From Candidatus Fimihabitans intestinipullorum (GTDB lineage Bacteria > Bacillota_I > Bacilli_A > RF39 > UBA660), in contig DVML01000012.1 of the NCBI GenBank assembly GCA_018714965.1, positions 20,830 through 84,829 of the forward strand: a stretch of DNA of 64,000 nt, given 5' to 3'. The position numbers were made by a program, and so were the translations under genes. Below are positions 45,494 through 56,974 of the stretch, one piece after another. The notes below the pieces were generated by a model that saw nothing but the letters and a program-made list of their open reading frames with translations, was not told the DNA's origin and ran no database searches. Numbering within the stretch: position 1 is the stretch's first letter; each line of letters opens with the position of its first letter.

Positions 45494-46506
45494 AAAAGAA
45501 GAAAAAAACAAAATGCGCAGTAGCGCTCATCTTATGTGATATTATCATCGTTATTGGATTCTTTTTGACTTATGGACCAATTTCGTATTTTCGAAATCTT
45601 CTAGTGACGACTTCGATGACGACAATGACACATAAATACTTGGCTCGAACGTTTTATACAGACGAAATGATCGATGAGATTTTAAAGTCTAATACAGTGA
45701 CGGAAATTGGTGAAAGTGTCAATGTTAACGATATTGTTATCGGAGATTTTGAACAGACCGGTACTTATGAATCTGTATATGAGGAAGAAATCTTAAAACA
45801 TGAGGAAGGACAGGATTACAAGATCGTTCCACTGAGTGGAAGTGGATATAAGGGATATATGGCAGTTATTTATGATCCATCTAAAATAGAGCTTGCAGTC
45901 GCACCCAAATTAGGTGTAAGAGGATCTTTTCTAAAAGATATTGCTAAAGAAAACCAAGCGAAAGTAGCCATCAATGCGAGTGGATTTCTAGATCCAAACG
46001 AGTATGGAAATGGTGGAGCTGCAACTGGAAATATCATCAAAGATGGAAAGTTGATATGGAAGGGAAATCCTACAGGGCGTACTGGAGGTTTGTCAGGATT
46101 TAATAAAGATCACGTGCTCGTTTTAACAAAGGAGACACCGGAACAGGCAATTGCGAACGGAATGGTAGATGCTGTTGAATTTGGACCGTTTTTAATGGTA
46201 AATGGAAAAGCTGCTGAAATTAAAGGAAATGGTGGTTGGGGAATCGCACCACGTACTATTTTGGCACAACGCAAAGACGGAATTGTTCTTTTTATCGTTA
46301 TCGATGGAAGACAACCAGGATATAGCCTTGGAATCGATATGAATGAGGCAATTCGCATCTTAAAGAGATACAAAGTTCACAATGCTGTCAACATGGATGG
46401 AGGCGCTAGTAGTAGCCTCGTTGTCAATGGAGAAACATATAGTAAACCATGTGGATATAGTGCGACTGGTGAACGATTAGTACCTAATGGTTGGATTTTA
46501 AAATAG
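45490..46506 (+). CDS. Phosphodiester glycosidase family (DUF2233/NAGPA-like) protein, membrane-anchored
   Basis: N-terminal TM helix. 'AINASGF', 'GPFLMVNGK', 'RTILAQRKDGIVLFIVIDGRQPGYSLG' and 'AVNMDGGASSSLV' match the family. ATGA overlap with the upstream gene. Confidence 0.75.
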   Translation: MKKKKKTKCAVALILCDIIIVIGFFLTYGPISYFRNLLVTTSMTTMTHKYLARTFYTDEMIDEILKSNTVTEIGESVNVNDIVIGDFEQTGTYESVYEEEILKHEEGQDYKIVPLSGSGYKGYMAVIYDPSKIELAVAPKLGVRGSFLKDIAKENQAKVAINASGFLDPNEYGNGGAATGNIIKDGKLIWKGNPTGRTGGLSGFNKDHVLVLTKETPEQAIANGMVDAVEFGPFLMVNGKAAEIKGNGGWGIAPRTILAQRKDGIVLFIVIDGRQPGYSLGIDMNEAIRILKRYKVHNAVNMDGGASSSLVVNGETYSKPCGYSATGERLVPNGWILK

Positions 46507-46514
46507 TATAAAAA

Positions 46515-46538
46515 GAGCTGACTTTTGTCAGTTTTTTT
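46515..46538 (+). terminator. Rho-independent terminator
   Basis: gctgac-tttt-gtcag hairpin followed by T7. Confidence 0.75.
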
Positions 46539-46658
46539 GTCATTTCTTTACAGTATTGGATTTCTAAATAGGAGTTCAAAATTTGACAGCATGTGAAAAT
46601 ATGTTATAATATTGTACGTTTTCCCCTTTTGAAGGGAAGTACGAAAGAAGGTATTAAA

Positions 46659-47600
46659 ATGAAATCTGATGATTTAGCCGAACAGTATCACTCGTTGGAA
46701 AAGTTAGCTAGTGAATATACTGTGATTGATGAATTTGTAAGAACAGAAGATGGAAAACAGGTGACTGATCGTACGTTGATTAACGAAGTAAGATTTGCCA
46801 ACTTGTGGGCGAATGCATCGATTGCTAAAGATAAGAAACCATTTAATAGTCGTTCAAAACAAACATATGAATATTTTATGAACAAAGTTGAAGAACAATT
46901 AAGTCAAAATGGTGATTGGGATATTACAGGATTAAAATTAGGAACGTCTTTACTAATTCCAAAGTCTTTATATCCAAGAGAAATTTTGAATAATTTATTT
47001 TATGATGAGATTAGTACACGTATTGTAGAAGAATACATCAAACAACATTTTGAAGTAAAAAATTCACTTTCGACGATATGGAAAAAGAAGAGAAAAAATT
47101 TCCGATTACAAGGTATGGCGAAAAACTTCCATTTTGCTGACTTAAAAGATTACTATGAGAAATATACGGTAAAAGAAGGAGTTTATACGAATGAGACAAA
47201 CGGAAAAGTAATTGTCGACGACGTGAAAAAAATTCGTATTGCCTTTGCTATGTTATGGCATAAAGCTGCTAAGACGAGAACGTTATCAGCAGATCGTGAT
47301 TATTATGCTTATTGCGCAGATGCAGCAGATACTTACGATGCAATTAAAGATACGATTGGTGAAGCAGTACGTTACGATGGAACATTCGATCTTTATCATT
47401 TAAGAAAGAGTATGAATCGTACCATAGAAGCATATCCTGATGCAGAGATGATTTTGAAGCGTTTATTTCAAACTGAAATGGATGCACAAATTACATATGA
47501 TTTCTTCTCTACATTAAACTTGGATATGAAGGATGTAAGAAATTTATTACCAACATCTAGTACGTTAGAACAAATACATAAACCGAAGGTAATTGCTTAA
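46659..47600 (+). CDS. Hypothetical cytoplasmic protein (313 aa)
   Basis: GAAGG RBS before ATG 46659, and a TTGACA/TATAAT promoter upstream. No family recognised. Confidence 0.5.
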   Translation: MKSDDLAEQYHSLEKLASEYTVIDEFVRTEDGKQVTDRTLINEVRFANLWANASIAKDKKPFNSRSKQTYEYFMNKVEEQLSQNGDWDITGLKLGTSLLIPKSLYPREILNNLFYDEISTRIVEEYIKQHFEVKNSLSTIWKKKRKNFRLQGMAKNFHFADLKDYYEKYTVKEGVYTNETNGKVIVDDVKKIRIAFAMLWHKAAKTRTLSADRDYYAYCADAADTYDAIKDTIGEAVRYDGTFDLYHLRKSMNRTIEAYPDAEMILKRLFQTEMDAQITYDFFSTLNLDMKDVRNLLPTSSTLEQIHKPKVIA

Positions 47601-47675
47601 GCGATTACCTTTTCGTGTGAAGTAAAGTTCGTTGATAAAATAAGTGATTTATATTATAATGGAAGAGGTGATATT

Positions 47676-48647
47676 ATGTGGCAGATAGAAGATGTCAAAA
47701 TAAAAAACCAGGTAGTGCTCGCCCCTATGGCAGGTATATGTAACAATGCGTATCGTAGAATTGTAAAAGAGATGGGATGCGGACTTATCTATGCTGAAAT
47801 GGTTAGTGATAAAGCTGTTAGTTTTAAAAATGAGCGAACGTTAGACTTGCTCTATATGTCGGATGAAGAGCGCCCGATCAATCAGCAAATTTTCGGAAGT
47901 GATGTCGATTCTTTTGTAACTGCCGCAAAGTATATCTATGAAACGATGAAACCAGATTTGATCGATATCAATATGGGATGTCCTGTTCCAAAGGTTGCTT
48001 TAAGAGCACAAGCAGGGAGTGCTTTATTAAAAAATCCTGACAAAGTATATGAAATTGTATCTGCAGTTGTAAAAGCAGTACCAATTCCTGTTACTGTAAA
48101 AATTCGCAGTGGTTGGGATAGTACTTCGATCAATGCTGTAGAAATTGCAAAAAAAATAGAGGCAGCAGGCGCTAAAGCAATCGCAGTTCATGGAAGAACA
48201 CGTGCTCAAGGATATAGTGGAAAAGCAGATTGGTCGATCATCAAAAAAGTAAAAGAAGCTGTTTCTATTCCTGTCATTGGAAATGGAGATATTACGAGTT
48301 GTTATGATGCGAAAAGAATGCTAGAGGAAACTGGATGCGATGCTGTAATGATCGGTCGAGGTGCACTTGGAAATCCATGGTTGATCAAAGAGTGTGTCGA
48401 CTATTTAGAAAATGGAGTGGAACCGAAAGAAGTAACAGTAGATGAAAAGATCGAGATGATTTTGAAACATCTATCTTATCTATTAGAGATCAAACCAGAG
48501 AAGGTTGCCATTTTAGAACTTCGAAGTCATGCAGCATGGTATTTAAAAGGGATTCCACATACTGCACAAGTAAGGCAAAAGTTGATGCAGGCAACGACCA
48601 AAGAAGATGTAAAAGCGATATTAGATGAATTTCGAAAGGGGATTTGA
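47676..48647 (+). CDS. dusB: tRNA-dihydrouridine synthase (DusB-type)
   Basis: '[15 protein letters not shown]', '[11 protein letters not shown]', '[10 protein letters not shown]' and '[17 protein letters not shown]'. Confidence 0.9.
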   Translation: MWQIEDVKIKNQVVLAPMAGICNNAYRRIVKEMGCGLIYAEMVSDKAVSFKNERTLDLLYMSDEERPINQQIFGSDVDSFVTAAKYIYETMKPDLIDINMGCPVPKVALRAQAGSALLKNPDKVYEIVSAVVKAVPIPVTVKIRSGWDSTSINAVEIAKKIEAAGAKAIAVHGRTRAQGYSGKADWSIIKKVKEAVSIPVIGNGDITSCYDAKRMLEETGCDAVMIGRGALGNPWLIKECVDYLENGVEPKEVTVDEKIEMILKHLSYLLEIKPEKVAILELRSHAAWYLKGIPHTAQVRQKLMQATTKEDVKAILDEFRKGI

Positions 48648-48648
48648 T

Positions 48649-50741
<2,093 letters not shown>

Positions 50742-50744
50742 CGT

Positions 50745-51275
50745 TTGAAAGTATATGTGTTAAGACACGGGGAAACGGATGGAAATAAGGCAGATATATC
50801 GATTGGAAATTTAGATATTCCCTTAAATGAGATGGGAAAATTACAAGCACTTCAAAGGAGAAGTGATCTTTCCAGATTAGATATTGACTTTGCCTTCTGT
50901 TCTCCAAAGCAAAGAACGTTAGAGACATTACAACTTGCGGCACCTCACTTATTAGTTTGTTTGGATGATCGCTTGTTGAGTAGAGATCATGGAGAATTTC
51001 AAGGGGTTAAAAACGAAGGAAGAGATCTTTCTGAATACTGGAATATTCGCGTAAATCGTCAATATGAGAAAGCTGAGAGTGTAAAACACGTCTATGATCG
51101 TGTCTGTTCATTTTTAGATGAGATTCGAGCGAAATATCCAGATAAAAATATTTTGATTGTCACGCATAGTGCGATCGTAAGATGTATATATTATTATTTT
51201 AATGGACTACCAGAAGATGGTAATTTATTTGGATACCAATCCCATACTGCTTCTTTGGAAACGTATGAGATTTAG
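50745..51275 (+). CDS. Histidine phosphatase (phosphoglycerate-mutase-like) family protein
   Basis: 'VLRHGETDGN' catalytic motif and 'VTHSAIV'. TTG start. Confidence 0.75.
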   Translation: MKVYVLRHGETDGNKADISIGNLDIPLNEMGKLQALQRRSDLSRLDIDFAFCSPKQRTLETLQLAAPHLLVCLDDRLLSRDHGEFQGVKNEGRDLSEYWNIRVNRQYEKAESVKHVYDRVCSFLDEIRAKYPDKNILIVTHSAIVRCIYYYFNGLPEDGNLFGYQSHTASLETYEI

Positions 51276-51289
51276 AAAGAAGGAAATGT

Positions 51290-52468
51290 ATGAAAATATT
51301 ATCAGTGAACTGTGGAAGTTCTTCATTAAAATTCCAATTATATGAAATGCCAGAAGAAAATGTATTGATCGCAGGTGTTTTTGAAAGAATTGGAATTGAT
51401 GGAAGTTTTTACACGATTAAATTCAATGGAGAAAAAACGAAAAAGGAAGCAAATGTTCCAGATCATAAAGAGGCAGTTAAGATTTTAACACAGGAATTAT
51501 TAGATCATGGTGTTGTTTCTGACTTAAATGAGATCAAAGGAATTGGTCACCGTGCTGTACATGGTGGAGATAAATTTGATCATACTGTATTAGTGGATGA
51601 AGATGTAATCGCTCAAATTGAAAAATTAATTCCGCTTGCACCTCTTCACAATCCAGCAGGAATTATCGGAATTCGCGCATTCCAAGAGATGATTCCAAAT
51701 GCTAAGGCAGCAGCTGTTTTCGATACAGCTTTCCACCAAACGATGGAACCTAGCGCATATTTATATCCAGTACCATATGAGTGGTATACGAAGTATGGAG
51801 TACGTAAATACGGATTCCATGGAACGAGTCATAAATATGTTTCACAACGTATGAATGAAATTTTAGGTCGTACGAATACGAAAGTAATTACTTGCCATAT
51901 TGGTAGTGGAGGAAGTGTCAGTGCTGTCATCGATGGAAAATGTGCAGATACTTCTATGGGATTCACTCCAAATGCAGGAATCATGATGGGAACACGTAGT
52001 GGAGATATCGATTATTCTATGATTCCATATGTAATGGAACAATCTGGTATGACACTTGCCGAAGTAGATAATGCATTAAATAAGAAGAGTGGTTTCTTAG
52101 GAGTTAGTGAAAAATACAGCGATGCAAGAGATATCGAAGATGGTATTGAAAAGGGAGACGAAAAGTGTATTTTAGCTCAAGAAATGTATGTAAAACGTGT
52201 TGTTGAACATATTGCCAAATATTATGTTTGGATGGGTGGAGCTGATGCGATCGTCTTTACTGCTGGACTTGGAGAAAACTCAGCTTATACGAGAAAGCAA
52301 ATTATCGATCATCTTGCTTGCTTAGGAATTAAGTTAGATGAAGAAGCAAATCAAGTACGTGGAGAAGAACGTTTAATTACAACAGAGGATTCTACTGTAC
52401 CTTGCTATGTGATTCCAACAGATGAGGAATTAATGATTGCAAGAGATACTTATGAATTAGTAAAATAA
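51290..52468 (+). CDS. ackA: Acetate kinase
   Basis: 'ILSVNCGSSSLKFQLY', 'HRAVHGG', 'FDTAFHQTM' and 'GFHGTSH'. Confidence 0.95.
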   Translation: MKILSVNCGSSSLKFQLYEMPEENVLIAGVFERIGIDGSFYTIKFNGEKTKKEANVPDHKEAVKILTQELLDHGVVSDLNEIKGIGHRAVHGGDKFDHTVLVDEDVIAQIEKLIPLAPLHNPAGIIGIRAFQEMIPNAKAAAVFDTAFHQTMEPSAYLYPVPYEWYTKYGVRKYGFHGTSHKYVSQRMNEILGRTNTKVITCHIGSGGSVSAVIDGKCADTSMGFTPNAGIMMGTRSGDIDYSMIPYVMEQSGMTLAEVDNALNKKSGFLGVSEKYSDARDIEDGIEKGDEKCILAQEMYVKRVVEHIAKYYVWMGGADAIVFTAGLGENSAYTRKQIIDHLACLGIKLDEEANQVRGEERLITTEDSTVPCYVIPTDEELMIARDTYELVK

Positions 52469-52493
52469 GGACTTGTTTCATACAAGTCTTTTC
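52469..52493 (+). terminator. Rho-independent terminator
   Basis: ggacttgt-ttcat-acaagtct hairpin followed by Ts. Confidence 0.75.
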
Positions 52494-52545
52494 TTGACAC
52501 TAAAAATAATATCATTTAAAATGAGATATAGAGAAGAGTGAAATT

Positions 52546-53541
52546 ATGTTTGAGACGTCTATTTATCAAAAAATATATAAGAAGATCAAGCAATATGATT
52601 CAATTGTGATTGCACGTCATGTAGGACCTGATCCTGATGCGTTAGGTAGTCAAATGGGATTGCGAGATGCTATTCGTGAGACATTTCCAAAAAAGAAAGT
52701 TTATGCGGTGGGATATCCTGCGAGTAAATTTCGTTATATCGGAACATTGGATCGTTCGGATGAAGTAATACCTTCAGAATCTTTATTGATTATTGTCGAT
52801 ACTCCTGATCAAAAAAGAGTCGATGGAGTGCTTGCTGAAAAATTCGCATATACGATTAAAATCGATCATCATCCATTTATCGAAAGCTTTTGTGATATTG
52901 AATGGATCGATGATACAGCTAGTAGCTGTGCACAGATGATTATGGAACTTATTTTTCAGACAAAATTAAAATTGACATTGTCGATTGCAGAAAAATTGTA
53001 TTTAGGGCTAGTGTCTGATACAGATCGTTTTCTATTTAAGTATACGACTCCAAAAACATTTCGAATGGTAGCTGAATTGATCGATAAAACTGGGTTAGAT
53101 ATTACAACTTTATATCCGCCTTTATATACGAGACCTTTAAGAGAAATTAAGTTTCAAGGATATATTGCAAATCATATGACAGTAAGTGAAAATGGATTTG
53201 CTTCTATTAAAATTACCGCAGATATTTTAGAAGAATATCAAGTTGATGTTGCAACGGCCGGAAATTTAATTAACAATTTTAATTTTATCGAGGAAGTAAT
53301 CGCATGGGGATTTTTTACCTATGATAAAAATAATAGTTTAATTCGTGGATCTATTCGTTCTAGGGGACCAATTATCAATGAGACTGTCGCACAATTTGGT
53401 GGTGGTGGACATGCCTATGCGAGTGGAGTCAAAGTGAAAACATTTGATGAGGTTGATGCGTTAATAGAAGCTTTGGATAAAGTGTGCCAAGAATATCAGA
53501 ATATGTTAGAACAAACCGATGAAATAGAAGAAGAAAAGTAG
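52546..53541 (+). CDS. nrnA: DHH/DHHA1 phosphoesterase, NrnA-like oligoribonuclease / pAp phosphatase
   Basis: 'IARHVGPDPDALGS', 'IKIDHHPF' and 'FGGGGHAYASG'. Confidence 0.8.
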   Translation: MFETSIYQKIYKKIKQYDSIVIARHVGPDPDALGSQMGLRDAIRETFPKKKVYAVGYPASKFRYIGTLDRSDEVIPSESLLIIVDTPDQKRVDGVLAEKFAYTIKIDHHPFIESFCDIEWIDDTASSCAQMIMELIFQTKLKLTLSIAEKLYLGLVSDTDRFLFKYTTPKTFRMVAELIDKTGLDITTLYPPLYTRPLREIKFQGYIANHMTVSENGFASIKITADILEEYQVDVATAGNLINNFNFIEEVIAWGFFTYDKNNSLIRGSIRSRGPIINETVAQFGGGGHAYASGVKVKTFDEVDALIEALDKVCQEYQNMLEQTDEIEEEK

Positions 53542-53559
53542 AGATCGCCTACTTTTTTG
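53536..53559 (+). terminator. Rho-independent terminator
   Basis: agtag-agatcgc-ctact hairpin followed by T6. It overlaps the stop codon. Confidence 0.55.
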
Positions 53560-53722
53560 TTTTATAATATGTGAATTTGTGTATTTTCTTTTCTATAGAT
53601 TGTAGATGATGTATAAACTTGTTATGATATAGTATAAGAACAATTTTAAATTGAAAAAGAATTGTGTTATATTATAATAGGATAAGGTATGGAGATTGTA
53701 ATCGAAATATAGGAGGAAGAGA

Positions 53723-56269
53723 ATGCTAGAATTAAAAAATATAAAAAAGCAATATCTTGCTGGGACTACTAATCCAGTCAATGCATTAAAAGGAATAGAT
53801 ATTAAATTTCGAGAATCAGAGTTTGTCAGTATTCTAGGGCCAAGTGGGTGTGGAAAGACAACTTTGCTTAATATTATTGGAGGCTTAGATGATTATACGA
53901 GTGGAGATTTATTGATCAATGGAAAGTCTACGAAAAATTTTAAAGACAAAGATTGGGATACTTATCGGAATCATAGTGTCGGTTTTGTTTTTCAAAATTA
54001 TAATTTAATTCCTCATCAGACTGTTCTTGCCAATGTTGAACTTGCTTTAACACTTGCAGGGGTTTCAAAGCAAGAGAGAAGAAAAAGAGCAATACAAGCT
54101 TTAAAAGATGTCGGGCTGGAAGATCAACTTTATAAGAAGCCAAATCAGATGAGTGGTGGACAGATGCAGAGGGTTGCGATTGCTCGTGCACTTGTAAGTG
54201 ATCCAGATATTCTTCTTGCAGATGAGCCAACGGGAGCATTAGATACAAAGACGAGTGTTCAAATTATGGAACTCTTAAAGGAAATATCGAAGAAGAAATT
54301 GGTCATCATGGTAACGCATAATCCTGATCTTGCTGAGTCTTATTCCACGAGAATTATAAAACTTTTAGATGGAAAAGTAACAGACGATAGCAACCCATAT
54401 GAGAAGAGTGAAAGTACGAGAAAGAATAAGACAGGAAAGACGAGTATGTCTTTTACAACAGCACTTTCTTTAAGTCTCAATAATTTACTTACGAAAAAAG
54501 GAAGAACGATGTTAACGGCATTTGCTGGTTCGATTGGAATTATCGGAATCGCACTTATTTTATCGTTATCCAGCGGAATGCAGAATTATATCAATCGTGT
54601 AGAAGAAGATACGCTATCTAGCTATCCAATAACACTTCAAGAAACGACGATGAATACGGGAGACTTACTCAGTGCTGCGCAAGATTCAGTAAAGAAATCG
54701 GTCAAACATGATGATGGAAAAATTCACTCTCAAAACATTACGAGTGATATGATTTCTATCATGAGTGCTGGTACAAAGACAAACAACTTATACGAATTTA
54801 AGCAGTATTTAGAAAAACATAAAAAAGAAGTGGATCAGTATATCAACGGGGTTCAATATTCGTATCATTTAGATCTAAATATTTATAAACCTGTAGAAGA
54901 TGGATATCGACAAGTGAATCCGGATCAAATTATGAAAAAGATGGGACTAGATGAAATGAATTCTATGTCCGAGATGTTTTCATCAGGTTCTAGCTATCAA
55001 GCTTTTACTGAGATGATGGATAACGAGCAACTCATAAAAGATCAATATGATATCTTAGCAGGGAAATTACCAACAAATTATGATGAGGTTGTGTTGGTTG
55101 TCAATAAAGACAATTATATTAGTGATTATACTTTATATTCGATTGGACTTTTAGATAGTGATGAGTTTGTTGATAAATACGAAAGACTCATGAAGGGAGA
55201 AAAAGTAGAGGAGCTTGAAGAGTTAACTTATACTTATGATGAGTTATTAAATGTAAGTTTCAAGGTGCTCTTAAACACTGATTACTATCAAAAAGAAAAT
55301 GGATTATGGGTGGATCATAGTGATGATGAAGCCTATATGAAAGAGAAGCTGGATCAAGCTTTGGAATTGAAAGTTGTTGGAATTATTCGACCAAAAGAAG
55401 AGACGATCACGTCTAACTCTTTTGGTGGTGTTGAATATACGAAAGCGTTAACAGAGTATGTAGTAAACCAAATTAGTAATTCGGATATAGCAAAAGAACA
55501 AAAAGAAAACGAAACTATCAATATGTTTACAAATCAGGAATTTTCTGAAGAGGAATTTAGCATGAGTAATTTAAGTGCTCAAGAAAAAGCATATTTAGCA
55601 ACGCTTTCTCAAGAAGAACTTGCACAACTTTTGAAAAATTATCAGGAAAATGCGAGTGCGACATACGAATCCAATCTTGAGAAACTTGGTATCGTCGATT
55701 TAGAACATCCAAGTATGATGCAAATATATGCGAAAGATTTTGATTCTAAAGAGGCGTTGAGTGATTTTATTGAAGTATATAATAAGCAGGTGGATGACGC
55801 AAATAAGATCAGTTATACGGATGTCGTTGAATTGATGATGAGTGGTGTATCTAATATCATCGATATTATTAGTTATGTCTTGATTAGCTTTGTTAGTATT
55901 TCCCTTGTCGTATCTTCGATTATGATAGGAATTATTACTTATATTTCCGTTTTAGAAAGAACGAAGGAAATTGGTATTTTAAGAAGTATTGGTGCATCTA
56001 AAAAAGATATCTCGAGAGTATTCAATGCTGAGACTTTAATCGTTGGACTTACGGCGGGAGTGTTAGGAATTTTAATTACCGTTCTTTTAAATATTCCAAT
56101 TAACATGGTGATTCATTCTTTAACTGGTATTGGAACGATTGCCAAATTACCTTTTGCCGGTGGTGTTATTCTCGTACTGATCAGTATTTTCTTGACGGTG
56201 GTAGCAGGATTGATTCCAGCTCGCATTGCAAGCAAAAAAGATCCGGTAGAGGCACTTCGTACAGAATAA
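53723..56269 (+). CDS. Fused ABC transporter: ATP-binding domain plus FtsX/MacB-type permease
   Basis: N-terminal 'GPSGCGKTT', 'LSGGQMQRVAIARAL' and 'LLADEPTGALD'. A TM helix and a large extracytoplasmic region follow, then a C-terminal FtsX-like 4-TM bundle ('ERTKEIGILRSIGASKKDI'). Confidence 0.85.
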   Translation: MLELKNIKKQYLAGTTNPVNALKGIDIKFRESEFVSILGPSGCGKTTLLNIIGGLDDYTSGDLLINGKSTKNFKDKDWDTYRNHSVGFVFQNYNLIPHQTVLANVELALTLAGVSKQERRKRAIQALKDVGLEDQLYKKPNQMSGGQMQRVAIARALVSDPDILLADEPTGALDTKTSVQIMELLKEISKKKLVIMVTHNPDLAESYSTRIIKLLDGKVTDDSNPYEKSESTRKNKTGKTSMSFTTALSLSLNNLLTKKGRTMLTAFAGSIGIIGIALILSLSSGMQNYINRVEEDTLSSYPITLQETTMNTGDLLSAAQDSVKKSVKHDDGKIHSQNITSDMISIMSAGTKTNNLYEFKQYLEKHKKEVDQYINGVQYSYHLDLNIYKPVEDGYRQVNPDQIMKKMGLDEMNSMSEMFSSGSSYQAFTEMMDNEQLIKDQYDILAGKLPTNYDEVVLVVNKDNYISDYTLYSIGLLDSDEFVDKYERLMKGEKVEELEELTYTYDELLNVSFKVLLNTDYYQKENGLWVDHSDDEAYMKEKLDQALELKVVGIIRPKEETITSNSFGGVEYTKALTEYVVNQISNSDIAKEQKENETINMFTNQEFSEEEFSMSNLSAQEKAYLATLSQEELAQLLKNYQENASATYESNLEKLGIVDLEHPSMMQIYAKDFDSKEALSDFIEVYNKQVDDANKISYTDVVELMMSGVSNIIDIISYVLISFVSISLVVSSIMIGIITYISVLERTKEIGILRSIGASKKDISRVFNAETLIVGLTAGVLGILITVLLNIPINMVIHSLTGIGTIAKLPFAGGVILVLISIFLTVVAGLIPARIASKKDPVEALRTE

Positions 56270-56288
56270 GGGACTTAGTTCCTTTTTT
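56267..56288 (+). terminator. Rho-independent terminator
   Basis: aagggac-tta-gttcctt hairpin (one G.U pair) followed by T5. Confidence 0.6.
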
Positions 56289-56339
56289 GTTTGTATAAAA
56301 TTGATGAAAATGGGTTACTCTAAAATTGGAGGGAATATT

Positions 56340-56777
56340 ATGAACGAAACAAATGAATTATTAGAAGAGGTATATAAAACAGCATCCATGGGAAGATTTT
56401 CCATGATGAAGTTAATCGAGGCTCTCAAAGAAAAGGATAATAAGATCAAAGGATATTTAGAAGAGCTATTAGAAGACTATAGAAATTACGAAGATCAGAG
56501 TAAAGAATTACTCTTAAAAGAGAACATTGAACCAATGGAAGAGAATGCTATTTCAAAGCTTATGGCGTCAATGGGAATTCAAAAAGAAGTGAAGGGTGAT
56601 AATAGTGATGCAGCAATGGCTGAAATGTTGATACAAGGAATTTCCATGGGATCGATCGAGATGGAAAAGCAAATAAAAAATTATAAAGACCATGTCGACA
56701 AAGATGATATGAAGCTTGCTAAGAAATTTTTGAAGTTTCAAGAAAAAGCGATTGAAGAGTTAAAAAAGTATTTATAG
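56340..56777 (+). CDS. Hypothetical helical protein (145 aa)
   Basis: GGAGGGAA RBS before ATG 56340. Lys/Glu-rich helical composition. No family recognised. Confidence 0.5.
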   Translation: MNETNELLEEVYKTASMGRFSMMKLIEALKEKDNKIKGYLEELLEDYRNYEDQSKELLLKENIEPMEENAISKLMASMGIQKEVKGDNSDAAMAEMLIQGISMGSIEMEKQIKNYKDHVDKDDMKLAKKFLKFQEKAIEELKKYL

Positions 56778-56785
56778 GGAATGTA

Positions 56786-56817
56786 AAAAGAGCTATGAAA
56801 AATAAGCTCTTTTTTTA
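56786..56817 (+). terminator. Rho-independent terminator
   Basis: agagctat-gaaaaa-taagctct hairpin followed by T7. Confidence 0.75.
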
Positions 56818-56837
56818 GTGGATAAGGAAAAAATAAA

Positions 56838-56958
56838 ATGTTTTTAATTTTTTGTTAAAAACATATTGACAAAACGAAATGTTTTTAATATACTGTTAAT
56901 AACAGATGTGAGATCTGTAAATTTTTTAGGTTTTGTTATTAACAAAAAAACAATAACA
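56838..56958 (+). promoter_or_regulatory. Promoter and repeat-rich control region of the NAD salvage operon
   Basis: TTGACA (56866-56871), 17 nt, then TATACT (56889-56894). The 10-mer ATGTTTTTAA occurs at 56838-56847, at 56879-56888, and inverted at 56855-56864. The palindrome TGTTAATAACA (56894-56904) has its exact reverse complement TGTTATTAACA at 56934-56944. A third AATAACA lies at 56952-56958, just before the RBS. Confidence 0.55.
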
Positions 56959-56974
56959 AAAAAAGGAGGAAATT

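Noticed and set aside
53593-53781. 62-aa minus-strand ORF in the ABC-transporter upstream region.
   Set aside because: Low-complexity Phe/Ile/Tyr-rich translation of AT-rich promoter DNA. It overlaps the RBS and start of the ABC gene.
56893-56945. Naming the TGTTA-N-TAACA palindromes as NrtR or NiaR operators.
   Set aside because: From memory the core spacing (GT-N5-AC) does not match the NrtR pattern (GT-N7-AC), nor the NiaR motif. I cannot verify this without the curated models, so they are reported only as unassigned candidate sites.
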